44,243 bases of DNA from Salisapilia sapeloensis CBS 127946 (lineage: Eukaryota > Protista > Oomycota). Location of the stretch: the NCBI GenBank assembly GCA_023334545.1, contig JAADVB010000159.1, forward strand, positions 1-44,243. The letters run 5' to 3'. Position 1 is the stretch's first letter. The number at the start of each line of letters is the position of its first letter. Positions 9,524 to 21,201 of the stretch are shown here, piece after piece. The position numbers and the translations under genes are program-made. The notes beneath the pieces are model-generated. The model ran no database searches. It saw nothing but the letters and a program-made list of their open reading frames with translations, and was not told the DNA's origin.

Positions 9524-12484
9524 TTACTCCACTTTCATCTCCCATGCCGCAGCGACTTTCATGCCCGGCTTGCGCACCACAGCAACGTCCTTGCTTTCAT
9601 CGTAAGTGACTTCCTTTTCCTCTCCGTTTACCACTGCTTTCTGTGGAATCTCTTTACCTGCCTGTCCCAGTCCGATGATTTCCACTCGCTCAATCCAGTT
9701 CTCAGCGTCGTACCCCACACGCTCAACGTTGCTGACCAAGCCACCGTCCCATCCGTACTTGACTACTGTGTACTCTTCCTTACTGATATGATCGAAGGAC
9801 GCTTCGTCATCGAGGTAGAGCACTCCTTCCGCCTTGCCGTCCTTGTCGACGCACACGACCAGCGTCAGCGGATCCTTGTGCATCAAGGACGCCGTCCGTC
9901 GCACTCGCTTCTTCGTCGGCAAAATACTACCACCTCGTTGGAAGACAGGAACATACTCTAGTGGTGCATCGACCTCTTGTTGTCCTCCTTCCAGCCGCTT
10001 GTAGCTGTCAAAGACATTGTACCAGACATCGTCAGTAGGGAGTTGGACAGTGGTCTTCCGCACGTTCTTCTCGACAATTGGTTTCATAAGCAAATCCTTT
10101 CCTAAGAGTACTTGATCCTCTACTTCAAACATATCTTGATACTCCATCCAGAGACTACGCAAGACTGGGAAGCCTGTCTTTTGATTCTCCCAGAACGTCG
10201 TGTAAATGTACGGCAGGAGCGAGTATCGGAAGCGAATCCAGTCGCGAAGAATGTCCGAGTACGGCTTATCCGCCAAATAAGGCTCTCGTCGAGCGGAATC
10301 GTGATGTGCATGGTTACGGAAGAATGGGTGGAACGTCGCGCTCTGGTGCCATCTGACCTGGAGCTCAGCTTCAGGTGACCCGAAGAACCCTCCGACGTCC
10401 GTCCCGACGAACGGAAGGCCGGCAGTGCTCAGAGATAGGAGCATCTTGGTGCCGTAGCTCAAGTGATCCCACTTGGCAGTATTGTCTCCCGTCCAGACAG
10501 CCCCGTAGCGTTGGGAGCCACTGAAGAAGGCTCGAGACAGGAGGAAGGGACGCTGGAGATCATCGGAGGAAGCGATGTATCCGCCCATAGTCATGTCAGC
10601 GTCTTCAATCTCATTTTGAGGTTTACGCAGTTGCCGAGTGATCTGACCGAGCACCGTCGCCATCTGCATGTAGATCCCATACATGTTATGCCACTCCCGA
10701 TGCTCGACGCCATCGAGAGACAGCATGTGCTTGGGCATAGACACTTCTGGTCCATTGAAGACGGACGGTTCGTTCATGTCGTTCCAAGTGAACAAGGACG
10801 GCGTGCTGCCAACGTACTTTTCGAAATTGAATAACGAAGCCCACCACTTTCGAGCTTTTGCGTTCGTAAAGTCGACGTAGGAGCTCGATCCAGGCCAGCA
10901 CCAGCCATCGAAAGCAGCGTCTTTCGATCCATCCAGGACGTACATACCTTTTCTTGCTGCTTCTTCATGGACAAAATAGTCTTTCTTCCCGTTCTTAATG
11001 TGTGGGTCGATGATCGTCACCATCTTCCGCTGGACACGGTTGACGTACTCTTGCATGCCGACAGGATCAGGGAACGCGTGGGGGTCCCACGTGAAGTACA
11101 TGCGTTCGATCAAGTGGTCAATGTCGAGCCATAGGACGTCACACGGAATGAGCTGTTCGTCGAACGTGTCGCTGACAGTCTTGATATCGTCTTCTCCCTT
11201 ATAGTTCCAACGAGACTGGTGGTAACCTAGAGAGAAGAGAGGTGGCAGATAAGGATACCCTGTGAGCTCAGCATACTGCCGATAGAAATCTCGAGAAGTA
11301 GGTCCGAGCAAAAGGAAGAGATCTAGTACGCCTGATTCACTACTAAAGAAAGCTGTCTTGTCTTCCTTGTCGGACGTGAAGAGGTCTACGAACGTCTCGG
11401 ACGGATTGTGGTGGAAGGCGCCGACGGTCGAATGGCCATTGGGAGCCACTAGCAGAGGGATACTGCCGTACAACGCCATGGGTTCATCTAGTTCGTACTC
11501 AAAGACATCTAGATTGTACAGTCGGTACGGATCGGTCGTTTGCTCGTATGCAGAGGACTCGGTGTTCCATTCGAGCGTGTCCTTGAGCAAGTAGTCTGTC
11601 GCGTGTTCTGGGATACCATATAGTTTCCGGTGGTTGTGGAAAGTAATGTCGAGACCGACGGACGACGGACCGAACTTTTTCACGTCCGTATGACCGCCAA
11701 ACTTTTCTTCCCACACGAGATCTTCCGTTGCGGGCGTCTTATCCGTTTCAGATGCGACTGACTTCTCTTGGATCGTCCCATCTTCGTAAATCGCTAGGCC
11801 GTCTTCACCGTAGTCGACAATCTTCTTGCCGTCATGAACGTCCGCCTCGACGGTAACCTCGGCAATATCCGCACTAGCTTCCTTCCTTTGGAGCAAACGA
11901 GGCTCAAAGTAAAAGTGGCTGTTGGAATTGGCAGACACGACTTTCTCCACCCCATTGTACACTTCAAAGACAAAGGACGCGAGGTACAGGACGACTGTGA
12001 TATCTGGATACGACTGGGGAGAGTATAGTCGGATTTCTTCATTCGGATTGAATCCTGCGATCGAAACCGACGATATATCTACTTCCTGGAGAGGGAAGCG
12101 AGTCAATGCAGGTTCCTGTAGCACATCCGGGTTCTCCCATCTCGTGCGAGGATCATTCGCATCGGCAAAGTCCTCCGTGACGTGCATACGTACGGCTGGC
12201 GTCTGGTCATGATGGTTCAAAACGAACGATAGCTGACCTTGCAGAGGCGTAGTGGAGTCAGGAGAGGTTAGATGGAAGGAAACGACATCGTCCGAGTGCT
12301 GGATCGAGTCTGCTTGGACTTGGTAGTTATGATACGGACGAGCCGACTGGTCGCTCGTAGCACGATGGACTCGGCAAAATGACGTTTGGTCGCAAGTACG
12401 GAACTTGCTCCTATCGACTGCATCTACTGCACTCAGTTGAAGCAAAAGGAGTGCGATCGGAAGCAACAGCGCCACCGCTCGCAT
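9524..12484 (-). CDS. GANAB: Glucosidase II alpha subunit (neutral alpha-glucosidase AB, GH31), 986 aa, intronless
   Basis: Signal peptide followed by AVDRSKFRTCDQTSFCRVHR, the typical GII-alpha N-terminus. Also YRLYNLDVFEY, GYHQSRWNY, catalytic nucleophile motif WNDMNEPSVFNGPE, acid/base motif VWTGDN, and FFRNHAHHDSARREP. Confidence 0.95.
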   Translation of the reverse strand: MRAVALLLPIALLLLQLSAVDAVDRSKFRTCDQTSFCRVHRATSDQSARPYHNYQVQADSIQHSDDVVSFHLTSPDSTTPLQGQLSFVLNHHDQTPAVRMHVTEDFADANDPRTRWENPDVLQEPALTRFPLQEVDISSVSIAGFNPNEEIRLYSPQSYPDITVVLYLASFVFEVYNGVEKVVSANSNSHFYFEPRLLQRKEASADIAEVTVEADVHDGKKIVDYGEDGLAIYEDGTIQEKSVASETDKTPATEDLVWEEKFGGHTDVKKFGPSSVGLDITFHNHRKLYGIPEHATDYLLKDTLEWNTESSAYEQTTDPYRLYNLDVFEYELDEPMALYGSIPLLVAPNGHSTVGAFHHNPSETFVDLFTSDKEDKTAFFSSESGVLDLFLLLGPTSRDFYRQYAELTGYPYLPPLFSLGYHQSRWNYKGEDDIKTVSDTFDEQLIPCDVLWLDIDHLIERMYFTWDPHAFPDPVGMQEYVNRVQRKMVTIIDPHIKNGKKDYFVHEEAARKGMYVLDGSKDAAFDGWCWPGSSSYVDFTNAKARKWWASLFNFEKYVGSTPSLFTWNDMNEPSVFNGPEVSMPKHMLSLDGVEHREWHNMYGIYMQMATVLGQITRQLRKPQNEIEDADMTMGGYIASSDDLQRPFLLSRAFFSGSQRYGAVWTGDNTAKWDHLSYGTKMLLSLSTAGLPFVGTDVGGFFGSPEAELQVRWHQSATFHPFFRNHAHHDSARREPYLADKPYSDILRDWIRFRYSLLPYIYTTFWENQKTGFPVLRSLWMEYQDMFEVEDQVLLGKDLLMKPIVEKNVRKTTVQLPTDDVWYNVFDSYKRLEGGQQEVDAPLEYVPVFQRGGSILPTKKRVRRTASLMHKDPLTLVVCVDKDGKAEGVLYLDDEASFDHISKEEYTVVKYGWDGGLVSNVERVGYDAENWIERVEIIGLGQAGKEIPQKAVVNGEEKEVTYDESKDVAVVRKPGMKVAAAWEMKVE

Positions 12485-12715
12485 CGTGGCACCACAGACG
12501 ATCTTTAGCTAGCTCCGAGCTGATTGTTTAGTAGCGAATTAGTGTCGGACGAATGCATTTTACTGTTTCTCAACTATCTGGACACTTTGGATATGTTTAT
12601 ATGGGGTGGTGTCCAGAAGACAGGGTATTGGAGACGGACGTGATTGCCAATGTACATTATGGTTTGTGGTATTCCCTATCTGTGCATCTAAGTGGATAGA
12701 AAGGTAGTCGAGAGC

Positions 12716-14106
12716 TCAAAAGACAATTACAATGGCTGTAATGTCATCGACGTTTTCATCCTCGGATTCCCACCGCGTCAAGGCTGCTTCAACCAGCTGA
12801 TCGCATGCTTCCTGGGGTGAACGTCGGTCGTCTAGGAGCCATTGGCCAACGAGACGCATTACCTCTTCATTCGAAAGGAACTCCCACACACCATCACTTG
12901 CCAAGACGATAAATCCGTTCATGTCTGTGTCATCTGCCGCCTTGGATATGTCTTGAATAGGCAAGTCGGTTAGCAGCGTCACGTCTGGATCGCACGTGAC
13001 GCCGATGGACTTGGCTACACTGTCGCCTAGAGACCGGGACATGGCTAGACCTGGGACATCCATGTCCTGCAGCCAGACTCTCGAGCATCCATAGGAAAAT
13101 ACTCGTCCACCATGCTCTTCAATCCGACGTCTTTCATCGAATTTATCAGGTTTATGATCTTCCGTTGCAGCATGTAATTGAAATCGATTGGACTTCTTTG
13201 GAGTATAATGCACGACGATCGCTCGACTATCTCCGACATTGGTCAAAAGTAACTTGGTATCGGATACCAAGCAACTGACAAACGTCGTTCCGGACACGCT
13301 GATGTCCATGCTACTATTCCGAGACAGCCAGACATCCATTTGGGACGACAGAAGAGGTAGAAGATTGGAGAGACGAGTGACATTAGTTTTGAAAGGTTTG
13401 CATGAAGTTTCAGAGGGAGATGCTGGACTGGAGGTATTGGAGATGGCCTCTTTCAGGATATGGAGATACTCCTCCCGAACGGCTTGGCTGATGAACGCTC
13501 CTTTCGGACCATGGCCGTCCATGACTGCGAAATACGTTGTCGAAGTATCATTGTTGACGCAATCGCATATGCACAAAGAGTCTTGGTTTTCCTTTCGGCG
13601 ACGCATAAAGTCACTTCCGGCCCTACATCTCGATCCCCATTGCAAACTACCATTCCTCGACTACACACCACGCCGATAGAGTTAGTACGTTCATCGGTAT
13701 GATGCAGGATGAAAGAAACTGAGGTCGACCATCCCAATTTTATAACGATAAGAGAAGAGAATGCAGAGTTTCGTACCTTGGAATGTAAAGGTTGACTAGC
13801 AGTGTACTCTGGAAGATCTGCCTTGTCGTCCGAGAGCGCTTTTCCGGGGATACCTCCACCGTAATAAATAAATTCTGTCGAGTCACTTGGAAGAAGGCCC
13901 GTGTAACTAGGTCCAAAATCCTCCTGCTTGAGCGGACTAGTGGGTTTGCTGTTGTCATGCACCCGCGGTCGCTCTAAAGTCGTAACAACTCGCGGGCGTC
14001 GTGTCGGCGGCGTGATCGTCGAGTCGCTTCCATATAGTTTTTCATACCGATGGTCTGTATGCTGGAAAAAGTGCTCCGGGCAGAACTTTGTCACGAGACA
14101 ACCCAT
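12716..14106 (-). CDS. PP2C (PPM-family) protein phosphatase with predicted N-terminal myristoylation/palmitoylation (MGC), 2 exons
   Basis: Exon 1 14106-13777 (MGCLVTKF...LHSK), intron 13776-13661 (GTACGA...GTGTAG), exon 2 13660-12716. PP2C motifs ENQD, VMDGHG, SGTT, NVGDSR, DHKPD, GLAMSRSLGD, LASDGVWE, DDITA. Confidence 0.88.
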
Positions 14107-14374
14107 ACTCTCTCTTGAAGGGTATGGCTGCAAGAACGCGAAGAGAGTATAACCCAGACGACCGACGCAGCTTCGACTGATCGCAATATCGCTTTAATGG
14201 GTTCGTGCCTTGTGTTTGAACCTGGGTTTCTTAGAGATACACCCTCGAAGGTATATATGTACTATAGTAGTTAATCGAAAACGGGACACTATTCACTCAA
14301 ATTATCACTCCATATATGTGTCTATATCCGACAAGAAATTGGAACACGAAAGGTGCATAAGGTCGTCGAGGGCG
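14107..14374. promoter_or_regulatory. Putative bidirectional promoter between the two divergent PP2C-containing genes
   Basis: 268-nt non-coding spacer between the inferred ATGs at 14106 (-) and 14375 (+). Positional inference only; no motif assigned. Confidence 0.5.
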
Positions 14375-17114
14375 ATGGAAACGATATCCAGAGCTCTCGT
14401 TGCTGTGTCGATACCAATATTCGATGTTTATCGTGCTATACTTCTTTGCGTTGCGCTTGAGTGCCTACTGACTGCATCCTCTTATCCATTGATCGCAGAT
14501 GTGCCGTACAATTCCGCTCTTCCTTTGGAAGACGAGTCGGTTTTGGCGATTACAATTCCGCAATTGTCACCAGGCATGCATGTCAATGGGTATGAACTGG
14601 TTGAAAATGCTGGTTTTCTAGGGGTCTGTCACTATGACGATGCTCCTACTAGCTATGTGGATTCAACTCAATCTCTCGTTGCGATTGATCCTGAAACCCA
14701 CTTTTCGCTACAGCGATTCGACACGTATGATCTCGAGGATTTAACGTGTCCAAACGATTTCGTTGACAGAGCAGAGAGTAATAGTTATAACTTGGCTTTA
14801 ATTCCCAAAGTGCAGCCTACTATCGAACATCAAGTACGTGTCACTAAAATGAACTACGTATATTAAGTAACTTCTTTTTGTGTTATAGTGTCTATTACAG
14901 GCATCCGCAGCGTCCGAATCAGATCATGTTCCTCCCAACTACTCTCTCCATTCAAAATTCGCAGCCGGAGCACATGGTGAGCTCTGGCGAGCTGTGCACA
15001 AAGAGCTTGGTTTCCAAATCGTATTGAAACGACTCTTTCCAACGCTGTCTTCTAAAGTCGAAATGGGTCTACGAGAAGCCTACTTTGGTCACTTGCTACA
15101 AAACCATAGCTTACATATTGCACGCTTCATCGAGTATTTTACCTATCCCAGTACATCCGACATGGACAGTCGAGAGATATGGCTGGCATTCAAGGATGAA
15201 GGCTCATCGTTACGTGAGTACCTTTATACTGCTCCATCCATGCCAAGTGCTGGAACGAACCAGCCGATGATGTACGAGCCGTCCTCATTCTGGCACTCCC
15301 TTCGATCGTCCGAAGCAGGGGAAGTGGTATTGAAAGACATCTTGCGACAGGTTTTAGAATCCTTGTGTGTCCTCCACAAGCATAACGTTACGCATCGTGA
15401 TTTAAAACCTTCCAATCTCCTTGTGCATGTAGAAGCGTCCGATTCATCGGACCGACCGCGTCGGCCTCCAATCGTCAAACTAGCTGATTTCGGATCCGCC
15501 ATCGACTCGTACACGTTACAGCATCTCTATACAAACGGCCCATCCGAGAAAGAAGAGACAGTTGAGTATCAACCTCCAGAAGTTTTATTCAGCTCTGTTC
15601 AACAACCTTTCTATCCGTTTCGCCCAGAGTCCTATGACCTATGGTCTATGGGCGTTCTGATGCTCGAACTCCTCTTTGGCTCGCCATCCGTTTTCCAGCC
15701 AGTAGCAGAGCACAAGCGTAGGAAGACAGGTCAGCATAGTGCAAACACTGTGCACGACGTCATCACGCAAGAGTTCTGTCTCCAAGGCTTGTACTACACG
15801 CCGCCGTCGTCACAGAAGGAAGCTCTCGTTGCCATGTCCTGCTCCTTTGCAGATTTCCACGCCAGTGTCAAGCGCCGAGACCCGTACCATCGTGGGTTTT
15901 GGGACGAATGGGGAGTCGATCTGATCTACCGACTGCTGCAGTGGGACCCGATGCATCGTATCTCGGCAAAGCAGGCGCTGCAACACGCCTTCTTCCAAGG
16001 TGCATTTGTGTGTCCTACGACCGGTAGACGCTTTGCCACCAAATCGGAGATGGAGACACATCAGAGGTACCTTCAAATTCAACGACAGCGCGGGAGTGGT
16101 CGTGTGGACGAGTCAGGAGAAGAGATAGGAGAAGCGTTCCTGCAGGTGGACATGCATCTGGTAGAAGTGGACAATATAACCTGTCCTCATTGTGGAAGGA
16201 AGTTCAGTACGGTCGATGGGTGCGAACGACACTTGAGTAGTAGACGCCATGCACATTCGTTCTGTTCGTTTCACTATGCACAGGATCTGGAGGAAGCGAT
16301 CGATGCCCAAACGTCCCATGTGAGCTTAAAGACTGCAGCTGATATGTCCATTTATCAAAACCAGAAAAAGTATATGGAAGACTACGTCTCGACAGAGTAC
16401 ATTCAAGGTCCAAAGGATAACTTTATGCTGTACGTAATTGCGGATGGACACATGGGGAGTCTCGTGGCTGAGTACGTCGTCCAGCATGCATCCGACGTGT
16501 TGCTGGCGGAACTTGCAGACGCCGACTATGAAGTCGCTTTGTATCGGACATTCTACCACTTGCAGCAGCAGGTCACGCACGCTTTACTCGCGTCTAAGGA
16601 CGAACAGGAGCAATTTGCTGGGTCGACACTGACGCTAGTCCTTCACTTGGAAGACCAAGATCGTTTTCTGGCCGCGAATGTTGGTGACTCGACGGCAATA
16701 GTCATGACCTACGATGATGGTAAGGATATGGAGTGGCTACAGCTGACGCAAGACCACTGGCCCCAGTTTGAACGCGAGCGGATTGAGAAGAATGGCGGTT
16801 TCGTTGCGTTGAAAGGACGATGGCGTGTACAAGGACAGTTGGCAGTCTCGAGAAGCCTAGGAGACCTCTACTTGCGCCAATTTCTCACATCTGAACCATT
16901 TGTGCGAGATGTCAAGTTGGAAGGAGGAAAGTCATGGATGCTGGTGGCGGCGTCAGATGGATTATGGGAAGCCATGGAACCCAACATTGTGGCTGCGTAT
17001 GCGAAAGAAAAAGTTCAAGCAGGACAAAGGATGCGTGCAAAGGACTTGGTGATGCAGAGTTGTGTGCGAGGCAGTCGTGACAATGTCGTTGTCGTAGTGG
17101 ATTATGGTGGATGA
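14375..17114 (+). CDS. Fusion protein: N-terminal hydrophobic segment + Ser/Thr kinase + C2H2 zinc finger + PP2C phosphatase, ~890 aa, 2 exons
   Basis: Exon 1 14375-14833, intron 14834-14900 (GTACGT...TTACAG), exon 2 14901-17114. Splicing restores kinase subdomain I (FAAGAHGELWRA) ahead of IVLKR, HRDLKPSN, LADFG, EYQPPE, DLWSMG and RISAKQALQHAFF. Finger CPHC-x12-H-x5-H. PP2C motifs YMED, IADGHMG, GSTL, NVGDS, LAVSRSLGD, ASDGLWE, DNVVV. Confidence 0.88.
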
Positions 17115-17928
17115 GCCTTTGGCCTGCGTATAAAGATACTAATTAGTCATTTGCATCTTTTACATGGTATAATACGAGTAATGAGCCTCGTTGAATGCAA
17201 GTAAGCTTCTCTTGTAGGCTCGTTGTGACAATGTAAGAGCAGTGTAGATTTGGTAACTATCTGTCGTATGTATACGGCTCAAGGATAGCTATCCTTTTGA
17301 TTATTTAGCTGAGTTGTAAAGATGAAGTAGAGATAGTCATGAATGCGTTCCTGCTTTTCAATTCAAGTCTTACTTTGACCAATTGCGGACATGTCCTGGA
17401 TCACAACGGGATGGAAGCTTTCAGTAGTTGAGTTACTGTTATGGCTCGAAGGATAAAATCCACTCCTAACTATTAAGGCCTAGACGTAAGAAGCATTAAC
17501 GAAGCACTACCCTATGAATAAAAGCAGAGTGCCACTTTCAATGTGTTTACCTAGGTTACCATACTTTTCTGTTACACGATGGATATTGTAATCTCGCAAC
17601 GCTTTCTTTACTTTCATGGACATGATACAATTTAAAACTTTTTTCTTTGCTTCCGTCTTGATTGTTAACTACCTGATCATGCTCATACATATCCCTTCCC
17701 AGTCTTGTGAAGAGCAAATTGTTCAGTGCCACTCGTTTCACCACGCATAAGATTGCCATTTACTTTCCATCTACCTCAATTTCTAAAAACACCTTGAATA
17801 CTTACATCTAACACTAAAAGAAGCAAACAGGAAAGTTTTTACAAGCACTACAATTGATCAGAAAGCTTGCATGTTTTGCTTTTTACATCTAAAAGAAAAA
17901 GAAAACCCTTTGGCTAAATGAATGACAT

Positions 17929-19497
17929 CTAGTTAAGGAAAACGGCAGCGGCCACGAGAGCAGCAGCAAGACTCATGGATGCAGCAGCAGCTCCGTCGTT
18001 GCCCTCACTGTCACTGCCGTTCTTAGAGCTGTCACCACCACTTCCGTTGATGTCAGCACCTTCAGCATCCGGATCACCAGAACCTCCGTCCGAGCCAACG
18101 GCACGCTCCAACTCCGGGAACTTGAAGCCATCTTCAGCAACTTCGCACTTGTCAGATTTTTCATCGCAAACCTTGCAAATCATGCTGTATAGATCACGCA
18201 TGCAGCCATTGGCCGCATCAGCGCACTTCGGAACATTTTTGTAGCAAGGAGGGTTCACTTCACGCAGCTGGTCAACAGAAGGAAGCGGCAAAAAGTTTGC
18301 GGGCGCGTCCTTCGCGATAAGACCCGACGTAAATTCACCGCTCGTCAGGTTTTTGTAAGCTTCAATAAGCTTCTCAAATCGAGCAACGTTTGCTTCCTCA
18401 TCAAGCGGCTTCTCCCAGAATGGAATACTTTCTTCAACCGTCGAAAAGTCACCACGCGGAGCCTTAAACTCAACATTTCCATCTTCGCAGAACTCCGTGA
18501 AGTTATTGTAAGTGTTGCCAGTTGACTCATTCTTCATCGAGGTAATACCAACAAGGTCATCAATGGCAACGTATCCAAGAATCTGATAGTTGTACGTGCA
18601 CTCAATGCCATCCGGCAAGACGCCAATAGGGCACACACCTTTACGAGTTTCTTCACGGCAGTCGTCTTCACTTCCCCACTTTTTGAAAGGGCACGTGTTG
18701 GGGAAGGAGAACCAGTAGTTGTTCGGGTAAGGAGCACGAACATCGGTGGCCTTTGACGTGCCACCAACAAACGGACCGACATTAGGCTCGCCATCGACGC
18801 CGTTAAAGTACTTGCACGGAAGCGGATAGACTTCTTCTCCATCTTTGCTATCTTCTGGTGTGCATGCACCGCCGTCCATTGCAACCATTTTACCATACTC
18901 TGGTGTTTCCCAGTCATCCTGGTAAAGAGCAATGGTTTCGTTCGTCTGAACAATGACGTACTCGTAAAAGACGACCCACTGCATGTTGGTTTTGCGCTCG
19001 CAACGAGTGTCACGTGCACCTTCGTTAATGCCTTCAGCCTGAACGTACATAAGAGCACCTTCGACAGAGGCGGTATTTACATTGTCCGTTGCAGAATTGT
19101 GACCACTCTCAAGGTCGTCGCCGAAGGACGAGACAAAGTATCCGTTGCCGTTGCCATCTTCCATCCAAACCGGTTCATCGGATTGAACACGAGCTTGAAT
19201 GACGGTGATCGGCGAAAAGTGGTAGTCGTCGTTCTGAGCTTTCGAGTCTTTAGAAGGCTTAAGGGTATCGATGAACTTCAGCACCTTAGTAACATCGCCA
19301 CCACCAGCCGCGTTACTGCCGGCCTGAGCTTCACTGCTACTTCCACTGGCAGGAGTAACGCTGTCACCAGCAGGAGCACTGGCGGTGCTATCGGTAGTTG
19401 AGGGACTAGACGAAGGGGCATTCGAGGCGGAGCTATCTTGGGCGCTAACGACAGCAAGGACAGACGCCGCTGAGAGAAGGAGATTAGCGATCTTCAT
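17929..19497 (-). CDS. Secreted, probably GPI-anchored Cys-rich cell-surface protein of oomycete type, unknown function, 522 aa
   Basis: Signal peptide MKIANLLLSAASVLAVVSA, Ser/Ala-rich linker, a Cys-rich globular core (GPFVGG, APYPNNYWFSFPNTCP), Gly/Ser/Asp linker, and a hydrophobic C-terminal tail (AAAASMSLAAALVAAAVFLN) with no cytosolic residues. Confidence 0.85.
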   Translation of the reverse strand: MKIANLLLSAASVLAVVSAQDSSASNAPSSSPSTTDSTASAPAGDSVTPASGSSSEAQAGSNAAGGGDVTKVLKFIDTLKPSKDSKAQNDDYHFSPITVIQARVQSDEPVWMEDGNGNGYFVSSFGDDLESGHNSATDNVNTASVEGALMYVQAEGINEGARDTRCERKTNMQWVVFYEYVIVQTNETIALYQDDWETPEYGKMVAMDGGACTPEDSKDGEEVYPLPCKYFNGVDGEPNVGPFVGGTSKATDVRAPYPNNYWFSFPNTCPFKKWGSEDDCREETRKGVCPIGVLPDGIECTYNYQILGYVAIDDLVGITSMKNESTGNTYNNFTEFCEDGNVEFKAPRGDFSTVEESIPFWEKPLDEEANVARFEKLIEAYKNLTSGEFTSGLIAKDAPANFLPLPSVDQLREVNPPCYKNVPKCADAANGCMRDLYSMICKVCDEKSDKCEVAEDGFKFPELERAVGSDGGSGDPDAEGADINGSGGDSSKNGSDSEGNDGAAAASMSLAAALVAAAVFLN

Positions 19498-20151
19498 CAG
19501 TTCGCGAGGTAGTACGAAATTCCCGAAAGGTAAGTGGACTTGGGGGGTTCGTGGAGAAAGCTCGAATGAACTGCTCTTGGCATTCCAACGCGCGGAAAGA
19601 AAACGTGCGTTTGCAAGGCACCAACGGCAACTTGCTGTCGTGCGAAATCATTGGATGTTTGTTGAAAGGTTGAAAGGTATGGACCATGCGATTTGCGGAG
19701 AGCATGGATTTGAGTCGACTTTTCAGGTAGTCGAGGACGAGAGACAAGATTAGAGAGCAAGCGGACGACGTGACCTATCGGATTCACTGCTCTCTGCGCA
19801 CGCGATGAAACGACTATCGTGCGTAATGACTGGTCCCATCAAATTCATTGGCGAAAAAGCTTCGGGATTAGATTCGACGACGTCATCTATTAATAAGCAG
19901 AGTTATGATCTAACCCAGATATAGGAGCTCCCGTAGGGCAGCGGCAACACGAGTCTTTAAGCTAACCCAGATCATCGACTGGGTTCACCCTCAAGCCTTC
20001 CGTTTCCTTTTCGTGAAGAAAGGGGAGATAGATTGCAGCTTGTCGTCAGATCGAAACGGATGAGTTGCAGACAGGGTGGAAAGTCGCACTGCAATGCAAC
20101 ACAAAGATACTTCTTCAAGTGTCAACAAAGTATCATGTTGCTGTGACAAAT

Positions 20152-21201
20152 CTAGTCGTAGTGGAAAGGATCCAAGTCGCCCGCTGGAGCCATGATCTCG
20201 TCCAAGTCGTTTCCGTCCGCGGCAACGAACGTCGGGTATGGTAGATCAGATGCAACCTTCTTACGCGCGTCCGTCACGCGAACGATACCACCGTTGTTGC
20301 CAGGGACGCTGCCTTTCAAGTACAGCAAGTTGCGCTGCGGATCCACCTTGACGACCCACAGGTTGTCGCGTGTCACACGCTCGCCGCCCAGACGTCCAGC
20401 CATCTTCTTACCCTTAAACACGCGTCCTGGGTCTTGGCACTGACCAGTCGAACCAGGCGCTCGGTGCGTCTTCGAGTTACCGTGCGTCGCAGGCTGTCCC
20501 GCGAAATTGTGCTTCTTCATCGTACCTTGGAAACCCTTTCCTTTACTATACATCGGATCAATCCTCAAGATACCACTTCGTACGAAAAAGATGTAGATAC
20601 CTCGTGCCGCACACATCTACGTACTGACCAGCAGCAAAGTGCTGCGCATTTAGCGTCATACCTACTCGACTTGTTAGTGGACATAATTGGAGAATATGAA
20701 GCTTCAATAGAAACCTAGAGGAAGGAGGGCATCATCTGACACTCGAAACTCCTGGAGCTGGCGCTTCGGACCCACGTTTGCCTTCTGCAAGTGACCTTTC
20801 ACCGGCTTCTTGACGTTGCTGGCCTTGCGGATGCCAACACCAAGCTGCAACGAGCTAAAGCCGTGCACGTCGGACGTCTTGACTTGCGTCACTTGGCAGT
20901 CCTCAACCTGCATTCATCGTTACCACGCTTGTAATAAAGATCATTTATCTAGAGTATGTACGTGTAAGACGGTGCAGTTGTGTCGGTCTCCATAGTGATC
21001 CCATACTGGCATCATGCCGATTTTGACAGCTAAAAGACCAGTACGCTTCTTGTCCGGAGAATAGTCCTTCGGCTCAAATAAGACGCTCGCATCAGCTCCA
21101 ACAGCAGCCTCAGTGGCTGGTGCGAGAGTGGAAAGTGAATTAGGCTTGTTTGCCTTGGCGACTTGCCGCAGCCCACGAGCTCCGCGGAGTAGTTTGCTCA
21201 T
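20152..21201 (-). CDS. MRPL3: Mitochondrial ribosomal protein uL3m (L3), 4 exons
   Basis: Exons 21201-20962, 20907-20715, 20661-20601, 20545-20152 (introns 54, 53, 55 nt). Basic transit-peptide-like N-terminus. L3 motifs [73 protein letters not shown]. Confidence 0.95.
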
